From contig JABCTZ010000036.1 of NCBI GenBank assembly GCA_018238155.1, forward strand, positions 384,001-448,000: a DNA stretch of 64,000 nucleotides, read 5' to 3'. The notes beneath the pieces were generated by a model that was not told the origin of the DNA, did not search any database, and saw only the letters and a list, made by a program, of their open reading frames with translations. Shown one piece after another: positions 49,179-59,475 of this stretch (within the stretch, counting starts at the first letter, position 1; every line of letters begins with the position of its first letter). The DNA comes from Candidatus Heimdallarchaeota archaeon. Lineage in GTDB: Archaea; Asgardarchaeota; Heimdallarchaeia; JABLTI01. A program made the translations under genes and the position numbers.

Positions 49179-50306
49179 TTATATTTTAGTGAAAGAATCA
49201 ATTGTTTTTTGATCTAATTTTTTGATTACTTCGATAAGAAGTAGTATGCATTTCTCTACATCTGCAAGATCTAAAATACCGTTGTGAGAATGGATGTGTC
49301 TTGTTGGAATACCTATTGCTAAACTTGGTGCACCTATACCCGTAAGGTGGATTACACCTGCATCTGTTCCTCCTCTGGCTATCATTGATAATTGAGTGTC
49401 GATTCCATGTTTCTTTGCAATATCTAAAACAAAATGTTTTAAACGCGGATTTGGAAGCATTGAACTATCAGCTGTAAGTATAGATGGTCCTTTGGACATT
49501 TCTGCAGGAGTACGCATTTTATTCACTCCGGGAACATCTCCTGAAATATCGACATCTAATGCAAAACCAATATCTGGTTGGATTAAATGAGCCGAGGTTC
49601 GAGCGCCACGAAGACCAACTTCTTCTTGGGTTGTAGCAACACCAAATAGTTGGTTTGGATGAGCAATATTTCCTTCTTTCAAACGTTTTAATACTTCAGC
49701 AATTATTATTACTCCAATACGGTCATCAAAAGCTTTACCAAAAGCTAAAGTTACTTTCTTTTCTTCTACTTTGCCACTTTCTTCATTCTTAATTAGTTGT
49801 GTTCTTTTAACAAGCTCGAAAGGGCTGTCTGGAATCATTGGATCCCCAATTTGGATGCCTAATGCTTCGGCTTCTTTTTTACTCTTACAACCTATATCGA
49901 TGAACATATCTTCTTTTGACACTACTTTGTTTCTTTCTTCTGGTTTTAGAATGTGGGGTGGTTTAGAACTAATGATACCTTTAATTTTTGTTCCATCTCT
50001 TATTTGTAAAATCACTCTTTGTCCTAGTAAGACTTGATCCCACCATCCGCCTAACGGATTAAATGCTATGAAGCCATCTTTGCTTATACCTGCAACAATG
50101 AAACCAATTTCATCCATATGTCCTGCAAGCATAATTTTCGGTCCTTTATTTCCTTTCTTGAAAATTATCGAACCCGTTCGATCTTGAATAACCTCATCAG
50201 CAAATGGGCTAATATATTTTTTAACCATTTTAGCAATTTCTCGCTCAAAGCCAGATGGACCAAAAGCATTAGTCCATTTCTCAATAGTTTCAACGTCTAG
50301 TTTCAA
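49179..50306 (-). CDS. M42 family (TET) aminopeptidase
   Basis: AGHMDEIG, KAFDDRIG, QEEVGLRGA, GGTDAG and RHIHS motifs. Confidence 0.93.
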   Translation of the reverse strand: MKLDVETIEKWTNAFGPSGFEREIAKMVKKYISPFADEVIQDRTGSIIFKKGNKGPKIMLAGHMDEIGFIVAGISKDGFIAFNPLGGWWDQVLLGQRVILQIRDGTKIKGIISSKPPHILKPEERNKVVSKEDMFIDIGCKSKKEAEALGIQIGDPMIPDSPFELVKRTQLIKNEESGKVEEKKVTLAFGKAFDDRIGVIIIAEVLKRLKEGNIAHPNQLFGVATTQEEVGLRGARTSAHLIQPDIGFALDVDISGDVPGVNKMRTPAEMSKGPSILTADSSMLPNPRLKHFVLDIAKKHGIDTQLSMIARGGTDAGVIHLTGIGAPSLAIGIPTRHIHSHNGILDLADVEKCILLLIEVIKKLDQKTIDSFTKI

Positions 50307-50481
50307 TGAAAGTCACCTTTTTTTTTATGTACAACTACAACTGTCATCCTTTTAAAAATTTATTGAATGTTCAAAATTTTTTTATCGTTTTATTTTATAG
50401 TTTTAAAGAGTAAAAATTCCTGTTGCTTCTTTATGTAAGCTTAAAAAGTAATATATTTATGAAAGACTAAGAGTTCTTGCA

Positions 50482-52605
50482 ATGCAGAAATTATTTGATA
50501 CCTTCATAAATCGATTGCCGATGGATACACGAGATAGGTTAAGAGCAGCAATTTCTCATCAAAATGAACAAAATCCAAATGATCGATTGCAGAAAGGAAC
50601 TATTGTTGTTTTAGATGAAGTATTAAACAATCAGCAAGAGCTTGAGATGCTTCTCAATATGAACATTGATCTATCTAAAAAAGGGCTCTTTTCAAGAATA
50701 AAAGAAAGGAAAAAATCTCAACAGAAAAAAGTTTTTATCAAATCTGAATTAGTCGCTACAAAACAAATAGCTTTTCAAATTGCTTCCCTGAGTTGTTATT
50801 TAACTCAAAAAATGAAAACAACAGAAGAATACAAAGCGCTGCTAAAACAAATTGGACATCCATATATTGATATGTTTCTTAGCTATTTCAATGAAAATCC
50901 AAGTAATTATAAAGAAACTCGAGAGACTGTAGAAGAGCTCTCAAAGGTTATTGAGGTACGAAATGATTTTACACTGGAGATGAAAGCATTTGTGGTAGCA
51001 CTTCGTACTTGGGTTTATGGACAACAAGGAAATGTAGCAATTCTGAAAGAGGGATTCAATTACATCAATACTCGCTTGCCACAAGTTGAAAATATTATTG
51101 AAAGTCGTGGATTAGAAGATGCCTCTACAAATTGTATTTGGTGGATGCTCCATTCTGGTGTTGAAGCAAATATTAAGGAAATGATTGATTTTATTGAACC
51201 TTATATTCTAAAAAATAGGCTCTATCAATCTTATACTGATCTTTTAAATTTGAAGGGCGCTATTGCAACTTATTTTGGTAAAAATGAAGAAGGGATAGAA
51301 TGTTTTGAAGATTTAATGAAAGAATATGAAAACGTTCACGATAATTATCGTCTTTCAATTGCTATTGGTAATCTTGCAGAAACATATTTTGAAACGGGGA
51401 AAATTGTTCAAGCTAAAGATATGATGGAAAGAGCAATCAAACTCTATAAAGAATCAACAGGTGAATGGCCTTATCTCTATTTAACAGAGATAGGAAATAT
51501 TTACTATGTTATTGGAGACCCCAGGGCGGAAGAATCTTTCCTACATGCTTATGAAATTCAGCGAAAAGAAAAGTCTATGTTTAAAGCATTCATAATGTTT
51601 GAGTTAATACATTACTATTTGCGGTCCGAAAAAATTGAAAAAGCTCAACAATATATTGGTGAATTACAAGCTTTAGCTAAAGAGCTGGAGATTCTTTCAG
51701 TTAATGCTCAATTAACTTATCTTTTTGGCTATTCTGAGTTGCTAAATCAAAATTTCTCAAGTGCAATTAAAAATTTCCAGCAAGCATTAGCATTAGCTAA
51801 CCAATCTAAGGATTATGGATTAATCCTCTCGAGTAATATTCAGCTTACTGCAGTTTATCTTCAAAAATATCGCTTAAAAACAGAAAATACAACATTAAAC
51901 CTCGCACTTAATCACATTGAGATAGCTATCAAATTGGCACAAGAAAATCAACATAATCAAATTTTAGCTATTGGTCTAACTATTAGAAGTGTTTTACAAG
52001 CAGCAAAAGGTGTATACAAAGAAGCACAAGATGACTTGGATCAAGCAAAAAAAATAATGAATGAAATTGATTATGGTGTTTGGAAGCAAAAATTGACTAA
52101 CATCGAACAAGGAATTGCTGAAGCAAAAAATGAGGGGCAATTGGTTCTTGACACAGATAGTTTATTTAAACTTATATCCCCACAATTAAAGTCCATTCTT
52201 TCTTTCAAATTAATGGACCGGAAACAGATTGAATCGGAAATTATCGGTTTGTTGATTATTTCAGAAAGTGGTGTGCCAATACTTTCAAAATTACGAGAAA
52301 GTGTGAAAACAAATCAACTAATTCTTTCAGGATTACTTACAGCTATTAATCATCTTTCTGAAAGTATAATTGAAGGACAAGATAAAGGACGACTGCGTGA
52401 AATACTATACGATGAGTTTTGGATTGCTGTTCAACCGATCAAAAATGGTTTAGTAGCAGTAATAGCAACTGAAGCAACTGCTGAAATCAGGTTATGGGCA
52501 AATGTTATTGCAGATCGTGTGGTGGAAGTACCAATTGTTATTTCTGAGTTCACAACACAATTAGAGAACAAGATCAAGGACCTTCTAACTCAAATGAATA
52601 TATAG
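50482..52605 (+). CDS. TPR protein with C-terminal longin/roadblock-like domain
   Basis: TPR-like helices (IGNLAETYFETGKIVQA). C-terminal IIGLLIISESGVPILSK...LILSGLLTAINHLSESI. Confidence 0.7.
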   Translation: MQKLFDTFINRLPMDTRDRLRAAISHQNEQNPNDRLQKGTIVVLDEVLNNQQELEMLLNMNIDLSKKGLFSRIKERKKSQQKKVFIKSELVATKQIAFQIASLSCYLTQKMKTTEEYKALLKQIGHPYIDMFLSYFNENPSNYKETRETVEELSKVIEVRNDFTLEMKAFVVALRTWVYGQQGNVAILKEGFNYINTRLPQVENIIESRGLEDASTNCIWWMLHSGVEANIKEMIDFIEPYILKNRLYQSYTDLLNLKGAIATYFGKNEEGIECFEDLMKEYENVHDNYRLSIAIGNLAETYFETGKIVQAKDMMERAIKLYKESTGEWPYLYLTEIGNIYYVIGDPRAEESFLHAYEIQRKEKSMFKAFIMFELIHYYLRSEKIEKAQQYIGELQALAKELEILSVNAQLTYLFGYSELLNQNFSSAIKNFQQALALANQSKDYGLILSSNIQLTAVYLQKYRLKTENTTLNLALNHIEIAIKLAQENQHNQILAIGLTIRSVLQAAKGVYKEAQDDLDQAKKIMNEIDYGVWKQKLTNIEQGIAEAKNEGQLVLDTDSLFKLISPQLKSILSFKLMDRKQIESEIIGLLIISESGVPILSKLRESVKTNQLILSGLLTAINHLSESIIEGQDKGRLREILYDEFWIAVQPIKNGLVAVIATEATAEIRLWANVIADRVVEVPIVISEFTTQLENKIKDLLTQMNI

Positions 52606-52629
52606 TGATAGAGAATCTTATTTATTGAA

Positions 52630-53079
52630 TTGATTCTCTTAGAAATTATTATGATTAGAAAAGCAACAAAAGAAGATATTCCTGCTTTGATCTCTCTCTG
52701 GGAAAAAACTGACTTACGAATGAAGTCGAAAGGACGTGATAACCCCGGAAATCTTGAAAAGCAAATGTTGCAACCTCACATGTGGATTTTCGTTGCAGAG
52801 GACAATTCTAAAGATATTGTTGGTGCAGTCATTGTTACAAATGATTCACGAAAAGGTTGGATAAATAGATTGGCAGTCAATCCTCAACAAAGGAGAAAAG
52901 GGATTGCAAAAAAACTTCTAGCTGCATCAGAGAAGTCCTTGATTGAAATAGGCATTACTGTTTTTTCTGCTTTAATTGAAATCAATAATACTGCTTCAGC
53001 AAAACTCTTTGAAGATACAGGATACAATCACATAGAAGGTGTAACCTATTTTGCAAAAAAAATACTTCCTGACGATTGA
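52630..53079 (+). CDS. GNAT N-acetyltransferase
   Basis: IRKATKED, LAVNPQQRRKGIA and NTASAKLFE motifs. Confidence 0.9.
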   Translation: MILLEIIMIRKATKEDIPALISLWEKTDLRMKSKGRDNPGNLEKQMLQPHMWIFVAEDNSKDIVGAVIVTNDSRKGWINRLAVNPQQRRKGIAKKLLAASEKSLIEIGITVFSALIEINNTASAKLFEDTGYNHIEGVTYFAKKILPDD

Positions 53080-53132
53080 AAAAAATAAATTTTGGCTTCA
53101 AAATTGTTTTATTGAAACCAAAAGAATCTAGA

Positions 53133-54314
53133 CTAATAATCTGGATAGTTAATTGATTTGACTTTCTTTGGTTCTCTCTTGAGTTCTACTTCGCCTTCTA
53201 CAGAAAGCTCATCAATATACTCAATGTCTCCTGAAACTTTAGCTCTTTCTTCGATGAAGATTGTTTCACCATAAACATTTCTTACTCTTGCTCGTTCCTC
53301 AATTATTATTTCTCCACCAAAGAGATCTTCAGCAGTTGCTCTTTCAGAGATAATTATTTTTTCTGCTTGTACAGGACCGTAAACGTCTCCTCTTCGACCA
53401 ATTTTGAAATACCTAGCCTTAGCGAATTCTGAACTGAATGATCCTCCAACAGATATTTCATCTGCAAATATGAAACCATCTATTTTGCTTGTACCACCAA
53501 TGGAAAGTTTACCTTCCAATTTCATGTTTCCTTTTGTACTTAGAGCTCCTCCAACGGATAGACTATTTCCAATACCCGTTCCTTCTATTGAAACAGTTCC
53601 ACCTACATTTATGGTTTCAAATTCAAGATTAGCTCTAGTTTTAAAGGTGCCACCAATACTTACTGTACCTACTTTTGCATCTTTTTCTAGTTTAACTGTA
53701 CCACCAACATCAATGCTTTGAATTTCAATTGGTTCAGAAGCTTTGAAAGATCCTCCAATACGAACTTTACCGATTTTACCACCACTAACTTTACCCGTTC
53801 CTCCAACTCGTAAAATATCGAGCTCTGTTGTTCCTTCAAGAGTTACGCTTCCTCCAACTTTAATTGTTCCAATATTGCTGCAGCCTTCAATTTTGATAGT
53901 TCCACCTGCATTTGCTGTTTCAATTGCAGCATTACCTCCAATAGTTATTGATCCGCCAGCTTTCACTTCTTGGCATTGAATATCACTTTTGGCGTTTAAA
54001 CTACCACCAACATCTATTTCAGGAGCAGTTATATTTCCAGTTACTACTAACCGTTTATCGATAGACAAATACTTAGAAACTTTGAGATCACCTTCAACTT
54101 CTAAGGAACCTCTCTTACATCTAATGCTAACTGCTTCAAGTGAACCTTCAACAAGAAAACTTCCTTTTGAAATGATATTTCCTGTGACTACAATAGTTTT
54201 ATTTTCTGCAACCAAAGTTGCACCATCACCAATTTGAAGATTACCTTTTACAGTGTCCAATTCTACTTTTTTACCTGCATCTATTTTTTTGAATTCTTCA
54301 GTCATGTTTATCAC
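53133..54314 (-). CDS. Bactofilin-like / polymer-forming beta-helical protein
   Basis: Many (I/V)xVGG(S/T)xxxxG units over most of the length. GGTGA RBS. Confidence 0.7.
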   Translation of the reverse strand: MINMTEEFKKIDAGKKVELDTVKGNLQIGDGATLVAENKTIVVTGNIISKGSFLVEGSLEAVSIRCKRGSLEVEGDLKVSKYLSIDKRLVVTGNITAPEIDVGGSLNAKSDIQCQEVKAGGSITIGGNAAIETANAGGTIKIEGCSNIGTIKVGGSVTLEGTTELDILRVGGTGKVSGGKIGKVRIGGSFKASEPIEIQSIDVGGTVKLEKDAKVGTVSIGGTFKTRANLEFETINVGGTVSIEGTGIGNSLSVGGALSTKGNMKLEGKLSIGGTSKIDGFIFADEISVGGSFSSEFAKARYFKIGRRGDVYGPVQAEKIIISERATAEDLFGGEIIIEERARVRNVYGETIFIEERAKVSGDIEYIDELSVEGEVELKREPKKVKSINYPDY

Positions 54315-54346
54315 CTTGTAACTAATCTACTTTTTTCTATCCTTTT

Positions 54347-54448
54347 TTATTTACACCCATTTGTAAGATACATTCTTTGTTGGGTTTGTTCGATTTCTTT
54401 TTTGACTTGTTTTCTGACATTCAATCTTTTATTCTTCATTTTTTTCAT
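54347..54448 (-). CDS. Possible 33-aa basic small ORF upstream of the bactofilin-like gene
   Basis: MKKMKNKRLNVRKQVKKEIEQTQQRMYLTNGCK, preceded by AAGGTGT. Confidence 0.3.
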   Translation of the reverse strand: MKKMKNKRLNVRKQVKKEIEQTQQRMYLTNGCK

Positions 54449-54527
54449 ACACCTTGTGTGTTTGGTAATCTTACAACAGTCCTTTTTATTTAAAAGGAGA
54501 ATTCACAAAAAAGAGACTCATTTCGAG

Positions 54528-54542
54528 GTCACAAGTTGTGAC
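54528..54542. promoter_or_regulatory. Palindrome GTCACAA-G-TTGTGAC, candidate operator
   Basis: Perfect 7-bp arms in the intergenic region upstream of the small ORF and bactofilin-like gene. Confidence 0.35.
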
Positions 54543-54586
54543 TATCGCATACTAAGTATATCCTTTTTTTACTGAAGAAAAACAAT

Positions 54587-55372
54587 CTACTTTAACGCTT
54601 CTTTTGCTAATGCAAGATACTTGGGGTCAATTTCAAAGCCAACAAAGATACAATGTAATTTTTTTGACGCAATGGCTGTTGAGCCAGAACCCATAAAGGG
54701 ATCAAGAATTACAAGAGGTTTGTTTTTATCAAGCCCATGTAATTTAATGCACATTTCTGGTAATTTCACTGGAAACATTGCCGGATGGAGTTTCTTTTCT
54801 TTTACAGTTTCATATGGGATGAACCATTGATTTCCTCTGCCACGAAGGTCTTGTTGAGCGTGTTTCCAACGACCAATGTTGCTTTTATCACCGTAAGGTA
54901 CACCAATGGCAAGCTTATCAAGAGCTACAGAACGGTCTTTGGTGAAATGGAAGATGTATTCATGAGAATTATTTAGAAAACGTTTGGAATTAACAGGTTT
55001 ATAATGTCCAATATTCAAGTTCTTCTCAGGAATAGCAATTGATTTGACCCAATGAATAGTGTTTTGCAATTTGAAACTCTCAGCTACTTTCTTTGCAATT
55101 GTCAAAGATCGAAATTCATCAGAAGGTCTATCGCCTAAATTGAAGAAGAAAGAACCGGTGTCTTTCAACACTCGATGGCAACTTTTTACCATTAAACCTA
55201 TCCAAGAAAGATATTCCTCAAAAGGTCGATTGTCATTATAGCTATTGTATTCTATACCAATATTGTAAGGAGGGGACGTGACAATAACATCAATAGAATG
55301 TTCAGGTAGTAGTGTATCCATACCTTCTATACAATCAATGCCAAAAATGCTGTTATGCCAGTCAGATTTCAT
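54587..55372 (-). CDS. Orphan beta-class amino-DNA methyltransferase (N4-C or N6-A)
   Basis: Motif IV VTSPPY precedes motif I LDPFMGSG. HPAMFP present. ATG 55372 preferred over 55462. Confidence 0.88.
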   Translation of the reverse strand: MKSDWHNSIFGIDCIEGMDTLLPEHSIDVIVTSPPYNIGIEYNSYNDNRPFEEYLSWIGLMVKSCHRVLKDTGSFFFNLGDRPSDEFRSLTIAKKVAESFKLQNTIHWVKSIAIPEKNLNIGHYKPVNSKRFLNNSHEYIFHFTKDRSVALDKLAIGVPYGDKSNIGRWKHAQQDLRGRGNQWFIPYETVKEKKLHPAMFPVKLPEMCIKLHGLDKNKPLVILDPFMGSGSTAIASKKLHCIFVGFEIDPKYLALAKEALK

Positions 55373-55446
55373 AGTAGTCAAATCTATATATCCGCGCTTT
55401 TTATTCTTTGTTAAAAAAAGACTTGAAAAAGATTGGGATAACTGTT

Positions 55447-55803
55447 TTACCCACCTCTCCAATGAAAAACTGCTGCTGCTGCTTTATTACCTTGTGAAAC
55501 CTCTGCAAGTTTTGCTGTTTTTGCTAATCGTTTTCTTTTGGCTAAAAGAATTTTAACTATTAATCTAAATTCACTTTTGGTTGTATTAAGAAGAACCTTC
55601 TCGCCCTCAATTCGAAGGATTTTTTTTGTTTCTATTGCTATTTTAATATTTTTCTTCCAAGAAACAGTTTTTACAAGAACTATTAAGTGAGGTTTATCTT
55701 GTATCAAGACTTTCTCTTCTGCTCCACGAAGATCAACAATTTCACCCAATTTCTTTCCTTGTTTATCACAAGCAGTTTTATTTATAATATTAATATCTAA
55801 CAT
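55447..55803 (-). CDS. PRC-barrel-like protein
   Basis: IINKTACDKQGKKLGEIVDL. GGAGGA RBS before ATG 55803. Confidence 0.6.
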   Translation of the reverse strand: MLDINIINKTACDKQGKKLGEIVDLRGAEEKVLIQDKPHLIVLVKTVSWKKNIKIAIETKKILRIEGEKVLLNTTKSEFRLIVKILLAKRKRLAKTAKLAEVSQGNKAAAAVFHWRGG

Positions 55804-55956
55804 GTACTTCCTCCATAGAAAGATATACTTTACCGTATTCATAAGGTTTATTTCTAAAGATTTAAATCTAAAAGATATAACTATACTTCATGCGTGTGGG
55901 ACAACGAGGAGAATAAAGTATAGTTGATGTTAATATTCCGTCGAGGAAAAAAATAA

Positions 55957-56481
55957 ATGAAAGAGCTTTACCTCCATTGTGACTCCCCTTGTGTGACTTG
56001 CCCTACATATGGTAGAATGTTGAAAATAACCACTTTCCAGCAAAGAAAATTACCAGGAGTTTATTTCTGTAAGCATTGCAACGTTTATTCTTTATGCAAA
56101 ATGGGTATTGCTCATAGAAGGAACAATGGTAAATTAAGACCTCTTTGTATAAAATGCAACCGGTTTTTAAATAAAGTAACTTTGAGTTATGAAGAAGGTC
56201 AAAATGAAAAAAAATTCTCTGAAAAAAGCTTCATAGTAATAAGAAAACCAATAGGTTCAAAATTTAAAATCTTAAAGACCCTTAAAGCGAACTATTTTGT
56301 TGACTTGGCAGATATTTTACTATTTATATTAACTGAAATTGGTTCTGGATATTATAATTTAGTAGAATACAATCCAATTACTAATAGCTACAAAATAATC
56401 TATACTGGATTTCTTGATCCAAATAGAGTTACAATAAAAAAAGTAAATACAGGTCAAAATAATTTCATTACTTCAATTTAG
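55957..56481 (+). CDS. Cys-rich zinc-finger hypothetical protein
   Basis: CDSPCVTC, CKHC and CIKC motifs. GAGGA RBS. Confidence 0.55.
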   Translation: MKELYLHCDSPCVTCPTYGRMLKITTFQQRKLPGVYFCKHCNVYSLCKMGIAHRRNNGKLRPLCIKCNRFLNKVTLSYEEGQNEKKFSEKSFIVIRKPIGSKFKILKTLKANYFVDLADILLFILTEIGSGYYNLVEYNPITNSYKIIYTGFLDPNRVTIKKVNTGQNNFITSI

Positions 56482-56574
56482 AACCAAGAAATAAAAAAGC
56501 AATCTGTTTGATTGTTCTATGAGATTGAATGATTGTAGCACTCAAATTTCTCATAGATATCTAATGTTTTACCT

Positions 56575-56985
56575 TTACAATTCTTCTCCACAACTAGCAC
56601 AGAATTGACTGGGTTTTTCAATAGCTCCTCCACAGTTATTGCAGAATTTACTTATTGTTGGTGTATATTCTTCTGTTGATAATTTTGAACTATATTGTTC
56701 TTGAGATGAATTATTGAATTGATGATGTTTTTCTGCATCTAAAGAATGTTCACTACCCGAATTCTGTTCAGACAAATTATCTGAACCTGATGTGTAGTAC
56801 TTTAAAGTAGCGGAAATTGCTCCAATAAGAGAAAAGCCGAGAATTAACCAAACCCACCAAGCATTATGCCACCAATTTGCTATTAAATCTCCTACAATAT
56901 AGAAGATAAATAAAACAAAAGCAAATGATGTCCAAGCGCTGATTACCTGATTAAACTGTTTTTTTGGACGTACTGAATGTTTCAC
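56575..56985 (-). CDS. Two-TM protein with C-terminal zinc ribbon
   Basis: Two hydrophobic helices and KFCNNCG...QFCASCGEEL. Confidence 0.7.
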   Translation of the reverse strand: MKHSVRPKKQFNQVISAWTSFAFVLFIFYIVGDLIANWWHNAWWVWLILGFSLIGAISATLKYYTSGSDNLSEQNSGSEHSLDAEKHHQFNNSSQEQYSSKLSTEEYTPTISKFCNNCGGAIEKPSQFCASCGEEL

Positions 56986-57037
56986 TATATTTCACCGAAT
57001 CTATGTTGCAATGGTTCAAATAATTATTTAAACACTA

Positions 57038-58861
57038 CTAATTACTCGAGAGTAATCGCTCACCTGTTTGCACTGCCCAGAGAGATGCGTACTGACCATT
57101 TTGTTCTAGAAGCTCAATATGAGTTCCATTTTCGATAATCTTTCCATTACTTAAAACAAAGATTTGATTAGCATTTCGAATGGTTGATAATCGATGAGCA
57201 ATAATTATAGTAGTCCGATTTATGATAATCTTTTCAAGAGAACGCTGAATAGCAGCTTCTGTTTCGTTATCGACATCTGAGGTTGCTTCATCTAACACTA
57301 GAATTGGTGGATTTTTTAGTACTGCTCGAGCTATGGAAATTCTCTGTCTTTGTCCTCCACTCAACTTCTGTCCTCGTTCTCCAACCATCGTATCATATTG
57401 TTGTGGTAAATTCATGATAAACTTATGAGCCTCAGCGATTTTTGCTGCAGCCACCAAATCATCATAGTCTATTTCCGGGTTACCATAGGCAATGTTTTCT
57501 TTTACTGAACCATCTATTAGAAAAGTATCTTGACTAACCAAACCAATTCCTTTCCTTAAATCCTGTAGATTTAGATCTTTAATTTCATTTCCATCAAGAG
57601 TTATGCAACCACTCTGGACATCATAAAATCTAAGAAGCAATTTTATTATTGTTGATTTTCCAGAACCTGTGGCGCCTACGAAAGCAATGGTTTGTCCTTC
57701 TTGAATATTAACATTGAATTTTGTAAGAATGGATGGTCTTCCTTCATATGCAAATCCAACATTGTTGAATACAACATCTCCTCGGATCTGTTCTTTTGGT
57801 AAGGATAATTCTCCAGAAATAATTTGTTTAGGAGTATTGACAAGATCCAATGATCGATTAGTGGATGCCATTGCTCTTTGGTATTGATCAAAAGTTTCAC
57901 CCAAACGTGTTAGAGGCCAAAGCAATCTTTGAGTATAAAATATCATAATACTGTACCAACCAATTTGTAACCCTCCATTTAATGCATCAATTCCAGCAAA
58001 AATAAGCATCAAAACAAAACCGACAACAATTATCATCCGAACTAATGGAGTGAATGCAGAACTAAGCAGAATTGCTTTTCGGTTGCTTTGTTGATATTCA
58101 TTGGATAGCTGTTCAATACGATTACTTTCAAATTTCTCTGCTGTATAACTTTTAATGGTGGAAATTCCTGAAAGGTTATTTGAAAGTTGACCATTAAGAA
58201 CACCAACTTTTGACCGAACAGTAGCATATTTTGGTGCGAGAAGTTTTTGGAATCCAAAAGAGAATAATAAAATAAATGGCATAGGTAGCATTGCCATCCA
58301 AGCAGTTGTTGGGGATAAAATGAAGAAGACAATTCCAATAGTAATAACTGTTGTAATTACCTGTATGATGCTATTTGCTCCATTATCTAAAAATCGTTCA
58401 AGCTGATTAATGTCATCATTAAGAATTGCCATTAACCCACCTGTTTGTCTATCCTCAAAATATTTTAGCTCTAATTCTTGCAAATGAGTATACGTGTTCA
58501 TTCTCAATTTGTGTTGTATAGCTTGAGCTAAATTTCGCCAAACAATTTGCTGTAAATAACCAAAAACCGATTCCATTATCCAAATTAGCAATGTAGCTAC
58601 ACCAAGAATGATAAGTTGTGATTTGGGGTTCTCATATCCCCAACTAGCAAATAACGAATTTTCTTTGTAAACGACTATGTCAACCGCTAATCCAATTAAG
58701 AAAGGAGGGGCAAGATCAAATAATTTGCCAAATATTGAGAAAATTATTGCAAAAGAAATTCTTCCTTTAAATTCAGAAGAATATTGAAGTAATCTTAAAA
58801 GTGGTTTTTTTTGTTTGGCTGTTTCTGGCATTTTTGTTATTCCTTTAAATTTGTTTAACAT
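57038..58861 (-). CDS. ABC exporter (fused TMD-NBD, MsbA/MdlB-like)
   Basis: GATGSGKST, LSGGQRQR, LVLDEATS and IAHRLSTI motifs. Confidence 0.93.
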   Translation of the reverse strand: MLNKFKGITKMPETAKQKKPLLRLLQYSSEFKGRISFAIIFSIFGKLFDLAPPFLIGLAVDIVVYKENSLFASWGYENPKSQLIILGVATLLIWIMESVFGYLQQIVWRNLAQAIQHKLRMNTYTHLQELELKYFEDRQTGGLMAILNDDINQLERFLDNGANSIIQVITTVITIGIVFFILSPTTAWMAMLPMPFILLFSFGFQKLLAPKYATVRSKVGVLNGQLSNNLSGISTIKSYTAEKFESNRIEQLSNEYQQSNRKAILLSSAFTPLVRMIIVVGFVLMLIFAGIDALNGGLQIGWYSIMIFYTQRLLWPLTRLGETFDQYQRAMASTNRSLDLVNTPKQIISGELSLPKEQIRGDVVFNNVGFAYEGRPSILTKFNVNIQEGQTIAFVGATGSGKSTIIKLLLRFYDVQSGCITLDGNEIKDLNLQDLRKGIGLVSQDTFLIDGSVKENIAYGNPEIDYDDLVAAAKIAEAHKFIMNLPQQYDTMVGERGQKLSGGQRQRISIARAVLKNPPILVLDEATSDVDNETEAAIQRSLEKIIINRTTIIIAHRLSTIRNANQIFVLSNGKIIENGTHIELLEQNGQYASLWAVQTGERLLSSN

Positions 58862-58959
58862 TAAGAAAAAATAGCTTTTTAATAACCTTACTATTTAGCT
58901 TGTACTTTTGAATGAGGAATAAAACAAAAGAAAAAAATGGTTCTAGTGGATTTTTTCTA

Positions 58960-59364
58960 TCAAAATTTCTCCCAGACTGTATGAACCATCTTACCTGTTT
59001 CTGCAATAACCGGTTTCATATCTTCTTCAGATGCTAATCCAATTTCTACTGCTGCTTTCATTATTGAAACATGAGAGACGAATATTTTGTCATCTTCTTC
59101 GTAAACAACAAAACTACACGGAAATAAGAGACCAACATTGAATGATACATCTAATGCCATCTTCGCAAGTTTAGGACCGCAAGCCATAATTGTTGTATAT
59201 CTTGGAGGACCTATAATTCCAAGTTTCTTTTTTAACATCTCATCTATTGCTTTTACCATTAAAACTGAAAATCCTCCGTCTGTAATGGTTTTCTGAACAT
59301 GTTCAACTGCTGCATCAAATTCCAATGATATTTCTTTCTTTAATACATCAACCAAAATAATCAC
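58960..59364 (-). CDS. DUF302-domain protein
   Basis: GFSVL..ID..LKKKLG...IMACGPKLA..VGLLFPCSFVVYE. Confidence 0.8.
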   Translation of the reverse strand: MIILVDVLKKEISLEFDAAVEHVQKTITDGGFSVLMVKAIDEMLKKKLGIIGPPRYTTIMACGPKLAKMALDVSFNVGLLFPCSFVVYEEDDKIFVSHVSIMKAAVEIGLASEEDMKPVIAETGKMVHTVWEKF

Positions 59365-59475
59365 CTATACTTTAATGTAAATCAATCTTCCTAAAAAGTA
59401 GCGTGATTGAAAAAATAATAAAAATGACATTAAAATTGATATATACACAAGTTAGTTAGAACGAGAGGTCTTAAA

